Part shown: one piece after another, positions 28,525 through 36,487 of the stretch | Layout of the letters: each line of letters opens with the position of its first letter | How positions within the stretch are numbered: position 1 is the stretch's first letter | Origin: a virus | Taxonomy: Duplodnaviria > Caudoviricetes | DNA length: 64,000 nt | Direction: 5' to 3' (one strand) | Virus record (IMG/VR): IMGVR_UViG_3300005458_000015 | Coordinates: 1 to 64,000 of that record | Notes under the pieces: generated by a model | Databases searched by the model: none | Told to the model about the DNA's origin: nothing | Seen by the model: only the letters and a program-made list of their open reading frames with translations | Translations under genes and position numbers: made by a program

Positions 28525-28921
28525 TCAACTCACCTCTCGCATGGGCAGCGTGCAACTGGTCTGCCTCATCAGCGTCAACAACGTCATAACCAGCCTGTTG
28601 AGCAGCACCTTCACGAGCCGCTCTGGCGTCTTCCTTGCTCAAGGCCCGTCGCAGCACGCCACGCTCATCTGCCTCGAACTCACCCGGTTCCAATGTGACC
28701 AGGTGTTCAGGCACATCTACAGCGTCTACGGTCTCCTGGCAGTGCTCACACCCCATGTCGGCGTGGCACTGGAAGTGGTAGGACTCGTCAACCGGGTAGT
28801 TGACCTCAACCTCTTGGCCTGACGCAAGAACAGCATTCCTGCGCTCCATCCTGAAGCCAGACACGAAGTGGTGCGGTGCCTCATCTTCTTGATGGCACTT
28901 GGCACATGCACGCAAAACCAT
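28517..28921 (-). CDS. hypothetical protein with Cys/His motifs
   Basis: CxxC...HH and HFQCH...CEHC. Confidence 0.6.
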   Translation of the reverse strand: MVLRACAKCHQEDEAPHHFVSGFRMERRNAVLASGQEVEVNYPVDESYHFQCHADMGCEHCQETVDAVDVPEHLVTLEPGEFEADERGVLRRALSKEDARAAREGAAQQAGYDVVDADEADQLHAAHARGELNG

Positions 28922-28929
28922 ATCGGCTC

Positions 28930-29139
28930 CTACGATGTGTCGGCCCAGACAAGGCCAACATACGGGCTAGGGGGTGGTGTCGGTCCTACAAACAGGTTCT
29001 GTGGCCCAGGTGGTCCTTGTCCTGCTGGTGCGCTTACCACTGTCGTTACCGACTCTCGCACCAAAGCAATGGGCACGTCTGGGACTGTGGTGACCAAGAT
29101 CGTGTCCTGGTCAACGACAGTGAGGTTGTAGGTAGGCAT
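28930..29139 (-). CDS. small virion accessory protein
   Basis: 'GQGPPGPQNLFVGPTPP...VWADT'. Confidence 0.6.
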   Translation of the reverse strand: MPTYNLTVVDQDTILVTTVPDVPIALVRESVTTVVSAPAGQGPPGPQNLFVGPTPPPSPYVGLVWADTS

Positions 29140-29498
29140 CAGGCCACCGTCACCTGCGGATCGATGGTGACAGAGCCTTCAAGGATGCGATCACGGTCGC
29201 CATTGGGCATGGTGATGTAGAGGTCGTAGAGCGCATTGGACACCGTCAACGGTGCAGTCAGCGTCTCATCAATGAGAATCTCGATAGTGCCAGCAGGTCC
29301 ACCAAGAGTGATACCACTTGTGTCATCGATATCAATCAATGGTGAACCAGTATCGGTATTGGCGTGTTGTGTCCTGATCTGCATATGCGCATGAGCGCCA
29401 GTGAGATCGATGGGAGCGCTGGCGTTGTCTGTCCAGGTGATGGTCAGCCGAAAGGTTGCTCCTTGCTCAAGGGCAAGGTTGTACTGCGCGGCTGGCAT
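29139..29498 (-). CDS. baseplate-upper/BppU-N-like adaptor protein
   Basis: 'YNLALEQGATF...PIDLTG..A.MQIR...YDL......RILEGSV.I.P.VT'. Confidence 0.7.
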   Translation of the reverse strand: MPAAQYNLALEQGATFRLTITWTDNASAPIDLTGAHAHMQIRTQHANTDTGSPLIDIDDTSGITLGGPAGTIEILIDETLTAPLTVSNALYDLYITMPNGDRDRILEGSVTIDPQVTVA

Positions 29499-29535
29499 GG
29501 GCTAATCCTGCCGTAGAAACCAGTGCTTGTCCCAC

Positions 29536-30312
29536 TCAGCCATGAGCGGCGAGGAACTTGACCATCTGGGAAGTGCCATCAGTGTTGGTAAGAGCAGCAG
29601 TCCCTGCCATTGCAGCGTCTGAATGACCTGCTGTGGTGTCACACACGGCTGTGGTAGCCCCGACAAGGCCTGCAAAGTGGGTCACTGTGCTCGGCAACAC
29701 GATCGTGTCCACGGTGGAGTAACAGAGCAGAATGGGACCGGAGGTGGCAATCACTGCGGCCACAGCGGGATCTGAGGGGTTGGAGTTGGCTGGCAACGGC
29801 ACTGTGGACGAGGTTGAGCCTGCTGCTAGCCCCCAAGCCGTGTTGATGTTGGCCTGAGTGTTGCCACCACGGTTGTTGTCCCGAATGTCGTTGAGATCGT
29901 TTGCGGGGATTGACCCCACCATTGCAGCGACTCGGGTGGGATGTGCAGCCATATACATCAAACCGTCAAATGCACCCATAGACGCACCGATGTAAAGGAT
30001 CTTGTCGGTAGCACAGCCCAATGTGCCTGCGAACACCCGAATGGTGTCGATGTCAGCGACGGACTCGGTGTGTCCCCAGTTCGGGCCATCAAGATCAGTA
30101 GCAATGACGACAAACCCTGCCTGAGCCATTGCTGCACCCAGAGCCATTTGGCCAGTGAGGTTGGGATTGACCCAGTCCGACGTGTGCTGCAACTGCCCAT
30201 GACCTAGCACCACGACTCGCTTGCCTGCATAGTTGCAGCGCGGAATCATGATCAAGTCGTTCTGGCCAGCAGTGATCCTGCCCAGGCCATACGAGATGCT
30301 GTAAGGGATCAC
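29536..30312 (-). CDS. alpha/beta-hydrolase (esterase)
   Basis: GTG start coupled to the upstream TGA; nucleophile elbow 'YIGASMGA', candidate Asp (STVDTIV) and His (AGHSD); 258 aa. Confidence 0.8.
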   Translation of the reverse strand: MIPYSISYGLGRITAGQNDLIMIPRCNYAGKRVVVLGHGQLQHTSDWVNPNLTGQMALGAAMAQAGFVVIATDLDGPNWGHTESVADIDTIRVFAGTLGCATDKILYIGASMGAFDGLMYMAAHPTRVAAMVGSIPANDLNDIRDNNRGGNTQANINTAWGLAAGSTSSTVPLPANSNPSDPAVAAVIATSGPILLCYSTVDTIVLPSTVTHFAGLVGATTAVCDTTAGHSDAAMAGTAALTNTDGTSQMVKFLAAHG

Positions 30313-30950
30313 AGGACGTACGACCGCATCCATGTCGGGAACGAAGCCGAGTTGAGCACGTTGACCGACCCAGCCACTGTCACCTGTGCAGTGATCTTGA
30401 AAGTCGTTGCTCCGGCCAGCACTCCAGCCCGATAAGCCTGGCTGGTTGGCATGATGACGGTCTTCACACCGGCTGAGATGGTGTTGGGCAACCTGATCGA
30501 ATGCTGCATCACTGCACCACCACCGGCTGTGACGTTCATCAGGTTGAGTGAGAAAACTCCATCTCCAACTACTGACTGCTGGAATGTGCAAGCACAGTCG
30601 ATGTAAACAGGCCGTGATGTAGGCCCAATGGTAAATGTCACACCAGGAACATCGGCGGTAGAAGTACCACCAAAGGCAAGTGCTGTAGCAGTGCCTGTGG
30701 TGTTGGCGACGTAGACCAGTTCGCTTGCACCCGAAGGTGGCACAGCCACCCATGCGCCTTGAGCAGCGTTGTAGACAACCGTGTAGCCATCAGTGGGAGT
30801 GGACGGGAAGCCCGCTGAGACGGTGATCCAGCCCATCCTGATCATGGTGGAGATGGTGTTGCTGCTCCAACCAGTGGTGGTGACAGTGTCACCGGCGTTG
30901 TAAAGCACACCGCCCAGCGTGAGGGGGCGAGCAGCAACGTATTTGGCCAT
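30309..30950 (-). CDS. putative head fibre/decoration protein
   Basis: N-terminal motif shared with 5870..6178; 'YNAAQGAW' linker; beta-rich C-terminal domain. Confidence 0.55.
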   Translation of the reverse strand: MAKYVAARPLTLGGVLYNAGDTVTTTGWSSNTISTMIRMGWITVSAGFPSTPTDGYTVVYNAAQGAWVAVPPSGASELVYVANTTGTATALAFGGTSTADVPGVTFTIGPTSRPVYIDCACTFQQSVVGDGVFSLNLMNVTAGGGAVMQHSIRLPNTISAGVKTVIMPTSQAYRAGVLAGATTFKITAQVTVAGSVNVLNSASFPTWMRSYVL

Positions 30951-30953
30951 GAC

Positions 30954-31172
30954 CTAATCCTGACTGGAGCCGTTGCTGTTGTCCTCAGCCCTCGTGCCTT
31001 GCCAAGCCGCGAAGTGTGACCCCATCAGTGCATAGACGCTGAGTAGCACCAAGTAGGGCAATGAGTTTTTCAGACTAGTCAGAACCGATATCGGGATCAT
31101 TACTCCCCAAAACACCGTCAACCAGCCGTGCAATCGCTTGTAGAAGCGCACCGTTGGCTTCGGGCGCTTCAC
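30954..31172 (-). CDS. holin-like 2-TM membrane protein
   Basis: 72 aa with two hydrophobic segments; coupled to the peptidase gene. Confidence 0.55.
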   Translation of the reverse strand: MKRPKPTVRFYKRLHGWLTVFWGVMIPISVLTSLKNSLPYLVLLSVYALMGSHFAAWQGTRAEDNSNGSSQD

Positions 31173-32110
31173 TTCCAGCCTTTGCCCTCAGCCCAATGAG
31201 TAGCCTCACCGAAGAACTTCTTGATCGATTCCCACATAGCACGATCAACGTCGTCAGGAGTAGGAGTTGGCTGAGGCTGTGGCGGTTGGGGGCTGGGTGG
31301 CGTTGGCTTGTCTGGGCTTGGTGGTGCTGGTGGTGTTGGCGTTGGTGCTGGAGGGGTGGGTGTTGGTGCTGGTTGGTTTAGTGGCACGAAGACGGTCACG
31401 TCACCTTGCTCGCCAAGAAGCCGAGTCACATCGCCGTACGACATAAAGAAGTGACCTTGCACACCCCAACCAGGCCCCCATGAGTTGACGAACTCGATCA
31501 ACTTCGAGTCAACATCAACACCAATGGCCTCAAACTCATGACCACCACGCACTGAAGCGTTGGGCGAGATCGTGACCAGTCCATTTCTGTCCGGAGCGTC
31601 CATCGAGTCGTACCAATTGACCCCGATGATGCATGGAGTGACCTGAAGTGCCTTGAGGAAGGCTGTGAGGCTGAAGCAGTGCTGATAGCCGGAGATGTAG
31701 CCAGCCTTCTGGCACACCTTCGCCACAGCCAGTCCGCTACTGCCACGGTCGTTTGTAGGCCATGGGGCTCCGAAACCATCAATCTGTGTGGCTGCGGAGT
31801 AGATCGTGAGCGCTTCGTTCTCATCAAGCACCAGACCCGTTGCAGCCACATGGAAAGGATCGGTGCCCATATTTCCCGTAGCGGCGTTGCCTGTGCATGA
31901 GCCAGTACCATCGTAAGTTTTACCCCGAAAGGTGATGGTAAGGTCCTGGTCCAGAACTGGACTCTTACGTTCGTGCCGTGCTGAGGCAATAGTCGTAACA
32001 GCATCAACCGTGAAGGGGTATTGGCGCGACTGATCGTCGTGATGCAAATTACGACCCAGGTTGCCGCCGTCACCTTGATTCCACGGGATAAGTTCCTGCA
32101 CCACCGCCAT
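31169..32110 (-). CDS. papain-like (C1-type) cysteine peptidase, endolysin candidate
   Basis: LDQ...GSCTGNA (Gln/Cys), GGHEFEA (His), NSWGPGWG (Asn); Pro/Thr linker before a short C-terminal helix. Confidence 0.8.
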   Translation of the reverse strand: MAVVQELIPWNQGDGGNLGRNLHHDDQSRQYPFTVDAVTTIASARHERKSPVLDQDLTITFRGKTYDGTGSCTGNAATGNMGTDPFHVAATGLVLDENEALTIYSAATQIDGFGAPWPTNDRGSSGLAVAKVCQKAGYISGYQHCFSLTAFLKALQVTPCIIGVNWYDSMDAPDRNGLVTISPNASVRGGHEFEAIGVDVDSKLIEFVNSWGPGWGVQGHFFMSYGDVTRLLGEQGDVTVFVPLNQPAPTPTPPAPTPTPPAPPSPDKPTPPSPQPPQPQPTPTPDDVDRAMWESIKKFFGEATHWAEGKGWK

Positions 32111-32230
32111 GTCTTCACTGTCCTCTTCCGGTTACGGTGTTGTCGCGCTCTCAGCCAATTGTTGTAGTCATCCCGAGCCTGCTGGCAGATGCCTTTCGGC
32201 CAAGTGCACAGTGGTGCAAAGACGCAGTGC

Positions 32231-32371
32231 TTAAGACAACTGTTGCTCTGTCCCCTGGTTGGCGTGTAGAGATTCGCAATCCCTGGCAAGTATCTCTACC
32301 ACAAACTTCTTGCCACAGACTGAGCACTGGTTTCTTGCAGCCATGCGATCCAGATGCAGTCGTTGATCCAT
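32231..32371 (-). CDS. small Zn-finger protein
   Basis: MDQRLHLDRMAARNQCSVCGKKFVVEILARDCESLH (46 aa, below cutoff). Confidence 0.6.
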   Translation of the reverse strand: MDQRLHLDRMAARNQCSVCGKKFVVEILARDCESLHANQGTEQQLS

Positions 32372-32406
32372 GCCAACCACACCTTATCCATCACTCATCA
32401 TCCCCT

Positions 32407-32589
32407 TTAATGTGGGCACGTTCTCTCATAGCAGGCGTCACAGAACTTCCAGGTATTTCGTTCATTGCGTCCAGCATGAGACCAAACCATAGTTTCACAC
32501 CAAGGCGCGTCATCAGCCTTAGATCCGACGTATCGGCAAGCGCACGGTGTATCCCGTTGCGCATAGGATTGGCTAAGGTCAACTGCCAT
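32407..32589 (-). CDS. small Cys-rich protein
   Basis: 60 aa; overlaps the upstream stop; CxC...C...CxxC. Confidence 0.45.
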   Translation of the reverse strand: MAVDLSQSYAQRDTPCACRYVGSKADDAPWCETMVWSHAGRNERNTWKFCDACYERTCPH

Positions 32590-32998
32590 CCGCGAGTCGC
32601 CATGTCTCGCACTGTGGAGGCTTGGGATCTCCAGAGCGCCACACAATCGGTGGCACGTCCTTGCACACGACACACTGGATCTCCCACAGACCATCAGGTG
32701 CTTCAACCATCTTGCCTGTGTTGTCCCTTGTCCATTGGACAGGTGTGGCATCGAGCCTGTGAATGGCCTTGATCTTCTCTAGCCGATCTTGAAGCGCGTT
32801 GATCGTCTCACTAATGGTTGGTGATTCCATCGATGAGATGTTGCCTGGCACCTCTTCATACTCATTCACGCCCTTGATCAAATGCACGCCTTCATGATTA
32901 AGACGCTGCTCAAGGTGTTGAAGGCGTTCTCTCAGATCAGCGGTGTCATCAGCGATGATGCGCTTGATCATCTCGATCACTGCGGTTGGCTCAGCCAT
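32579..32998 (-). CDS. hypothetical protein
   Basis: 139 aa; coiled coil plus CxxC...C..W. Confidence 0.6.
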   Translation of the reverse strand: MAEPTAVIEMIKRIIADDTADLRERLQHLEQRLNHEGVHLIKGVNEYEEVPGNISSMESPTISETINALQDRLEKIKAIHRLDATPVQWTRDNTGKMVEAPDGLWEIQCVVCKDVPPIVWRSGDPKPPQCETWRLADGS

Positions 32999-33177
32999 CA
33001 GTCAAGGCTCCAGTCACTGCACACCAAACGGTGATGGGTGGAGACGTCATAAACACGGCAGTGACCGAGTGGGAAGATACGATCTGTTCCCCAAAAGTCA
33101 CAGTTCCCGCAACTTGGGATGACTTTGTACTTCTCAACCTGACGCTGGGCAGCAGGAGTGAGCGTCACATAGGTCAT
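32998..33177 (-). CDS. small Cys-rich protein
   Basis: MTYVTLTPAAQRQVEKYKVIPSCGNCDFW...GHC...VCSDW (59 aa); coupled at both ends. Confidence 0.6.
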   Translation of the reverse strand: MTYVTLTPAAQRQVEKYKVIPSCGNCDFWGTDRIFPLGHCRVYDVSTHHRLVCSDWSLD

Positions 33178-33488
33178 GTGCCGACCTTCTCATCCGTCCC
33201 ATCCCAAACGAACTCACCATGCTCACCAACAGGACGATGCATATGACAATGCACGCAATAGGTCGCACCATAAAACTTTGGATCACGAGCATAGGTCTCA
33301 GCCAATGCTCTGCCCATCGTTGTCACTGAGCCGCAAGTCAGGTGCTTATAAGCCGACCTCAGTGGCCGAACGAATCCCTTCTTGCGCTCTTCCTCGCTCA
33401 GCACGAGGTAGGTGCTGGCCATCTCTACCGGCTCTTCGTCCACACCACGCCTGAGTTCAGGGTGGTTGGGATCACTGGTTAGGCCCAT
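33174..33488 (-). CDS. conserved-looking phage Zn-binding hypothetical protein
   Basis: 'YLVLSEEER.KGFVRP.R..Y.H..CG..TTM...AETYARDP.FYGATYC..C'. Confidence 0.7.
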   Translation of the reverse strand: MGLTSDPNHPELRRGVDEEPVEMASTYLVLSEEERKKGFVRPLRSAYKHLTCGSVTTMGRALAETYARDPKFYGATYCVHCHMHRPVGEHGEFVWDGTDEKVGT

Positions 33489-33796
33489 CAGAATGGCGGA
33501 TAGTCGTCAGTAGTAGGTGCAGGTTGATGTGGATCAATAGCCGCTACATCGATGGGCACTGACACCATCTCGCTCGGCACTGTGATCACCGCTTCAGGTG
33601 CAAGCGGCATGAAGGCAGCATCAGGGATGTCGAGGGTCAACTTGACCACTATAGAGCCTGAGCGTCCTTTGGCCTGTGTAGGCCGTGACTGGGTGACCGA
33701 CTTGGCTTTGATCCCAGTCAACTTGTCCTTGTCCCAGTTGTAGCGCCCAAACGTGGGCTCAATCTGGACATAGAACGTCGTTTTCGCCATCCCCAT
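33488..33796 (-). CDS. hypothetical protein
   Basis: ORF track; RBS GGAGG. Confidence 0.6.
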   Translation of the reverse strand: MGMAKTTFYVQIEPTFGRYNWDKDKLTGIKAKSVTQSRPTQAKGRSGSIVVKLTLDIPDAAFMPLAPEAVITVPSEMVSVPIDVAAIDPHQPAPTTDDYPPF

Positions 33797-33867
33797 GACC
33801 CTCCGTAAGCGGGCTTTGGTCTAAGCCCCTGATTTTTGGAAGAATGATCTTGTTAGATCACTCTCTG

Positions 33868-33951
33868 TTACCGCCAACCGCCTCGTACGATCCAGATCAC
33901 GAGAGCAAGAATGGCCAGAATGACCAGGACGGTGATGAGCGTGGCTTCCAT
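33868..33951 (-). CDS. 27-aa single-TM peptide
   Basis: MEATLITVLVILAILALVIWIVRGGWR; RBS AAGGAG. Confidence 0.55.
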   Translation of the reverse strand: MEATLITVLVILAILALVIWIVRGGWR

Positions 33952-33960
33952 GACTGCTCC

Positions 33961-34140
33961 TTAGTCGATGTAACGGTCCCAACCCATTGCCTTGAACATT
34001 CCCCGCTCAGCCTCGTTGTAGGCCTTCTGAGCAGCCTTCCAACGCAAGTAGACCTCTTCGGGGATCTCAAAGTCCTCACCCAACTGTTGGGTCTCAATGA
34101 GCCATGGCCAACGCTCATCCGAGGTCAATCGGACAATCAT
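33961..34140 (-). CDS. hypothetical protein
   Basis: MIVRLTSDERWPWLIE... (59 aa); ATGA-coupled. Confidence 0.6.
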   Translation of the reverse strand: MIVRLTSDERWPWLIETQQLGEDFEIPEEVYLRWKAAQKAYNEAERGMFKAMGWDRYID

Positions 34141-34643
34141 GCTGGCTTGGCTTCTATCGTCTTGGGCAATTTGGAAGCCTCACGCACGCGCCTGAGGCCT
34201 GCAATGAAGTCTTCTGTGCTCCCACCGATGAACACCGCTGTGTTGTTGGTGGTGGCTGAGACGTCCTGTTGTGCCTTCTTCTCCGTGCCTGTCAGGCGCA
34301 TTCTCAGCGTCATGATGGCCAAGATGGTCTGCATCGCCTTGTAGCGATCCTTGGTGTCATCCTGGATGTCCTTCCAGCAGATCAACTGGAGCATGTCCAA
34401 GCGCTCACACTCAAGGTCAACGATGTCATCGAGAGTCTCGGTGTCGATCTTCTTTCTCGACTTCCTCACTACCGTCTGAGCACTCTGAGCGCTTGAGTAG
34501 CCGAGAGAGGCAGCAACCTCTTCCCAACTTGCCCCAGCCATGCGAAGTTGCTGGGCATACCACCAACGAGGTCGATAGACAGGATCTTCGTCCGCGTAAG
34601 GGTCTGGCAGTTGGAACGGGTTGTGAATCTCCATCTCGGTCAT
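34137..34643 (-). CDS. putative terminase small subunit (HTH)
   Basis: 'QLRMAGASWEEVAASLGYSSAQSA' HTH, 'LECERLDMLQ...ILAIMTLRMRLTG'. Confidence 0.55.
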   Translation of the reverse strand: MTEMEIHNPFQLPDPYADEDPVYRPRWWYAQQLRMAGASWEEVAASLGYSSAQSAQTVVRKSRKKIDTETLDDIVDLECERLDMLQLICWKDIQDDTKDRYKAMQTILAIMTLRMRLTGTEKKAQQDVSATTNNTAVFIGGSTEDFIAGLRRVREASKLPKTIEAKPA

Positions 34644-34822
34644 AGCGACCTGATCATCCTTTCGTACGCCCGCACACGCCTCAATGCCTTCTGTTGTACC
34701 CGCTTGCGCAGTCGTTCGCATTCATCGCAGTAGGTTCGCAGCGGTGAGGTTCTAACGCTCTCACCTGGGCTTTTGGGTGCCTTGAAGTTCTCTCCACACC
34801 TTGGACACACCCGTTTGATCAC
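34640..34822 (-). CDS. small Zn-ribbon protein
   Basis: CPRC...CDEC plus basic helix. Confidence 0.55.
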   Translation of the reverse strand: MIKRVCPRCGENFKAPKSPGESVRTSPLRTYCDECERLRKRVQQKALRRVRAYERMIRSL

Positions 34823-35025
34823 TGCTCCTCCACAACAGCCATGTCCCTGAGCCCATCACATGAGTTACACACAGGCTGTGGACGTTGATAAACGCCGTTT
34901 CCCAGATAGATCGCCAGCACGCTCTTGATCTTGTCGTGCTGCGAACAACTCTCATTGGTGCATTTGACCAAGATCCTCACGACCCAAGAAAACCACTGTG
35001 GTTGACCTTTGTCCAGACGACACAC
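34819..35025 (-). CDS. small Zn-ribbon protein
   Basis: CTNESC...CNSC; true start may be GTG ~34984. Confidence 0.55.
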   Translation of the reverse strand: MCRLDKGQPQWFSWVVRILVKCTNESCSQHDKIKSVLAIYLGNGVYQRPQPVCNSCDGLRDMAVVEEQ

Positions 35026-35044
35026 TGGTTTCTAGGCTCCACAG

Positions 35045-35073
35045 TTGTATTCTCTACCATACACTGCTACACT
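35045..35073 (+). promoter_or_regulatory. extended -10 promoter, leaderless start
   Basis: TTGTAT-17-(TGC)TACACT; ATG at 35080 coincides with the expected +1. Confidence 0.7.
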
Positions 35074-35079
35074 TGATGC

Positions 35080-35340
35080 ATGGACGACTACCAGCCCTTA
35101 TGGGCAGAACCCATCATCAGCACTGCTGACATGGTTGCCGAGGGTGATCGTCTTCTCTGTCCCGTCGTGGATTACAGCGCCCAAACGGACTACTACGAAG
35201 TGTTGAAGCGTGAGTCGCTCAACGGCGCACTCATCTTCACCATCGAAGAGGTCCTCAGCGTTTTCCCACTGACCAAGGCCAACAGAAAGATCATCAAGCA
35301 TCCAACTGACAGCGTTGCCTACCAGAAGAGATTGGAGTAA
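35080..35340 (+). CDS. hypothetical protein (single-gene cassette)
   Basis: 86 aa; flanked by promoter and terminator. Confidence 0.65.
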   Translation: MDDYQPLWAEPIISTADMVAEGDRLLCPVVDYSAQTDYYEVLKRESLNGALIFTIEEVLSVFPLTKANRKIIKHPTDSVAYQKRLE

Positions 35341-35355
35341 GTCCATGAAGCATTG

Positions 35356-35387
35356 GCCCCGTCATAATGACGGGGCTTCTTGCTTTT
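35356..35387 (+). terminator. intrinsic terminator overlapping the -35 of the next promoter
   Basis: GCCCCGTCA-TAA-TGACGGGGC then TTCTTGCTTTT; TTGCTT-17-TACATT promoter at 35380-35408. Confidence 0.75.
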
Positions 35388-35449
35388 ATGGCTTCTTTAT
35401 GCTACATTTGATGCATGACAGGTGGGGAAGCCTGTCCAGAAAGGAAGAG

Positions 35450-35644
35450 ATGACACAGGATCAGAAGATCAAGACAGCACTCGAAGAACTCAAGGTCTCT
35501 GTGGGGAACTTGAAGCGCCTGACCAAGGAGAAGCCTGAGATGGTCATGTCTCATGTGGAAGTCCGAGGATGGGTCTTCGCCTCCCAGATCCACCTAGAGA
35601 ACCTCGAAATTCTGCTCCACGACCTTCAACCCACACTCTTCTAG
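35450..35644 (+). CDS. hypothetical helical protein (cassette)
   Basis: MTQDQKIKTALEELKVSVGNLK...; RBS AAGGAAG; hairpin terminator after it. Confidence 0.65.
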   Translation: MTQDQKIKTALEELKVSVGNLKRLTKEKPEMVMSHVEVRGWVFASQIHLENLEILLHDLQPTLF

Positions 35645-35702
35645 GCGAAAGGGGCCATCATACTGTTTCAGCAGTGTGTTGGTCCTTTTCGCTTTCGGTT
35701 AT

Positions 35703-35731
35703 TTGTGATATGGGTTTCAATAGCGTATAAT
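35703..35731 (+). promoter_or_regulatory. sigma70-type promoter
   Basis: TTGTGA-17-TATAAT. Confidence 0.7.
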
Positions 35732-35737
35732 GATCTT

Positions 35738-35875
35738 CATGAAGATCCACATTCTTCGGACTCAACCACTCGCAGAGAGATCACAGGGCCTCTCTTCTGG
35801 TGAGTTCCGGGTGAGTGGACTCCTCATCGGCAAGGCCCCTGGACTCTTCTCCGGTTCAGGGGCCTTCGTCGTTTC
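35738..35875 (+). ncRNA. candidate small RNA
   Basis: Promoter, nested stems (CCACTC/GAGTGG, AGAGAG/CTCTCT), terminator AAGGCCCCTG/CAGGGGCCTT (35832-35866); the ATG 35739 frame has no stop before the terminator. Confidence 0.4.
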
Positions 35876-35941
35876 TTGCCATATCTATGGTATCCGTGAT
35901 AAGGTTTTAGGTGTCATAGCACCGAGAGTTAGGAGCAAAGC

Positions 35942-36220
35942 ATGTCCGTCGCCGTTGCGGAGGCCAAGAACCTCCAGTCAAACGACACGAACACCGGCTG
36001 GATCACACAACCAGTGCATGGCAACAGCAAGCGCCAGTGTCAGATCAGGCGCAACCGGCAGGCCTGTGGCAATCGCGCCACGCATGTGACTACTTCGTCC
36101 AAGGCCGGTAAGCGGGAGCGCTACACCCAGAGTGGTGTGCTCCCGATCTACCACTGCGACGACCCGCGTCACAGCGCCAACGCGCACAAGCAGGTCACCG
36201 AGTTGAACAACACGTTCTGA
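35942..36220 (+). CDS. hypothetical protein (cassette)
   Basis: 92 aa; TTGCCA-18-TAAGGT promoter, RBS AGGAG, terminator 36228-36254. Confidence 0.65.
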   Translation: MSVAVAEAKNLQSNDTNTGWITQPVHGNSKRQCQIRRNRQACGNRATHVTTSSKAGKRERYTQSGVLPIYHCDDPRHSANAHKQVTELNNTF

Positions 36221-36276
36221 CTGGCGTAGAGGCCCTCGTATTGCGGGGGCCTCTTGCTTTATGGTAGAATGATCCC

Positions 36277-36350
36277 GCTGGGCCGTTCTACCCCCGTGGG
36301 CCGGTCCAGCACAAAGAAGCCCCGACCAACGTACATAGGTCGGGGCTTTT
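36277..36350 (+). ncRNA. candidate ~70-nt small RNA ending in a bidirectional terminator
   Basis: TGGTAGAAT extended -10; GCTGGGCCG/CGGTCCAGC stem; AAGCCCCGACC/GGTCGGGGCTT terminator (36317-36348). Confidence 0.35.
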
Positions 36351-36419
36351 GTCATGCCTGGATGTGGCCTGACATTCCCTTCACAGACCGCACCGAATTG
36401 AACGGTGGCACATCCAGAG

Positions 36420-36487
36420 TCGAGAGCCGGGGAGTCGAACCACCGCACTGAAGGGCTTATGAGACCCTTGTGGAACCGTCACCCTCG
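36420..36487 (-). tRNA. atypical D-arm-less tRNA-like element, anticodon CAT
   Basis: Acceptor CGAGGGT/GCTCTCG, anticodon arm AGGGT-CTCATAA-GCCCT, T-loop TTCGACT with bulged stem; only ~11 nt where the D-arm should be; no encoded CCA. Confidence 0.55.

Noticed and set aside
30313-30753. N-terminal 147 aa of the 405-aa ORF 29536..30753
   Set aside because: Overlaps the 213-aa gene in another frame; the hydrolase more plausibly starts at the GTGA-coupled GTG 30312.
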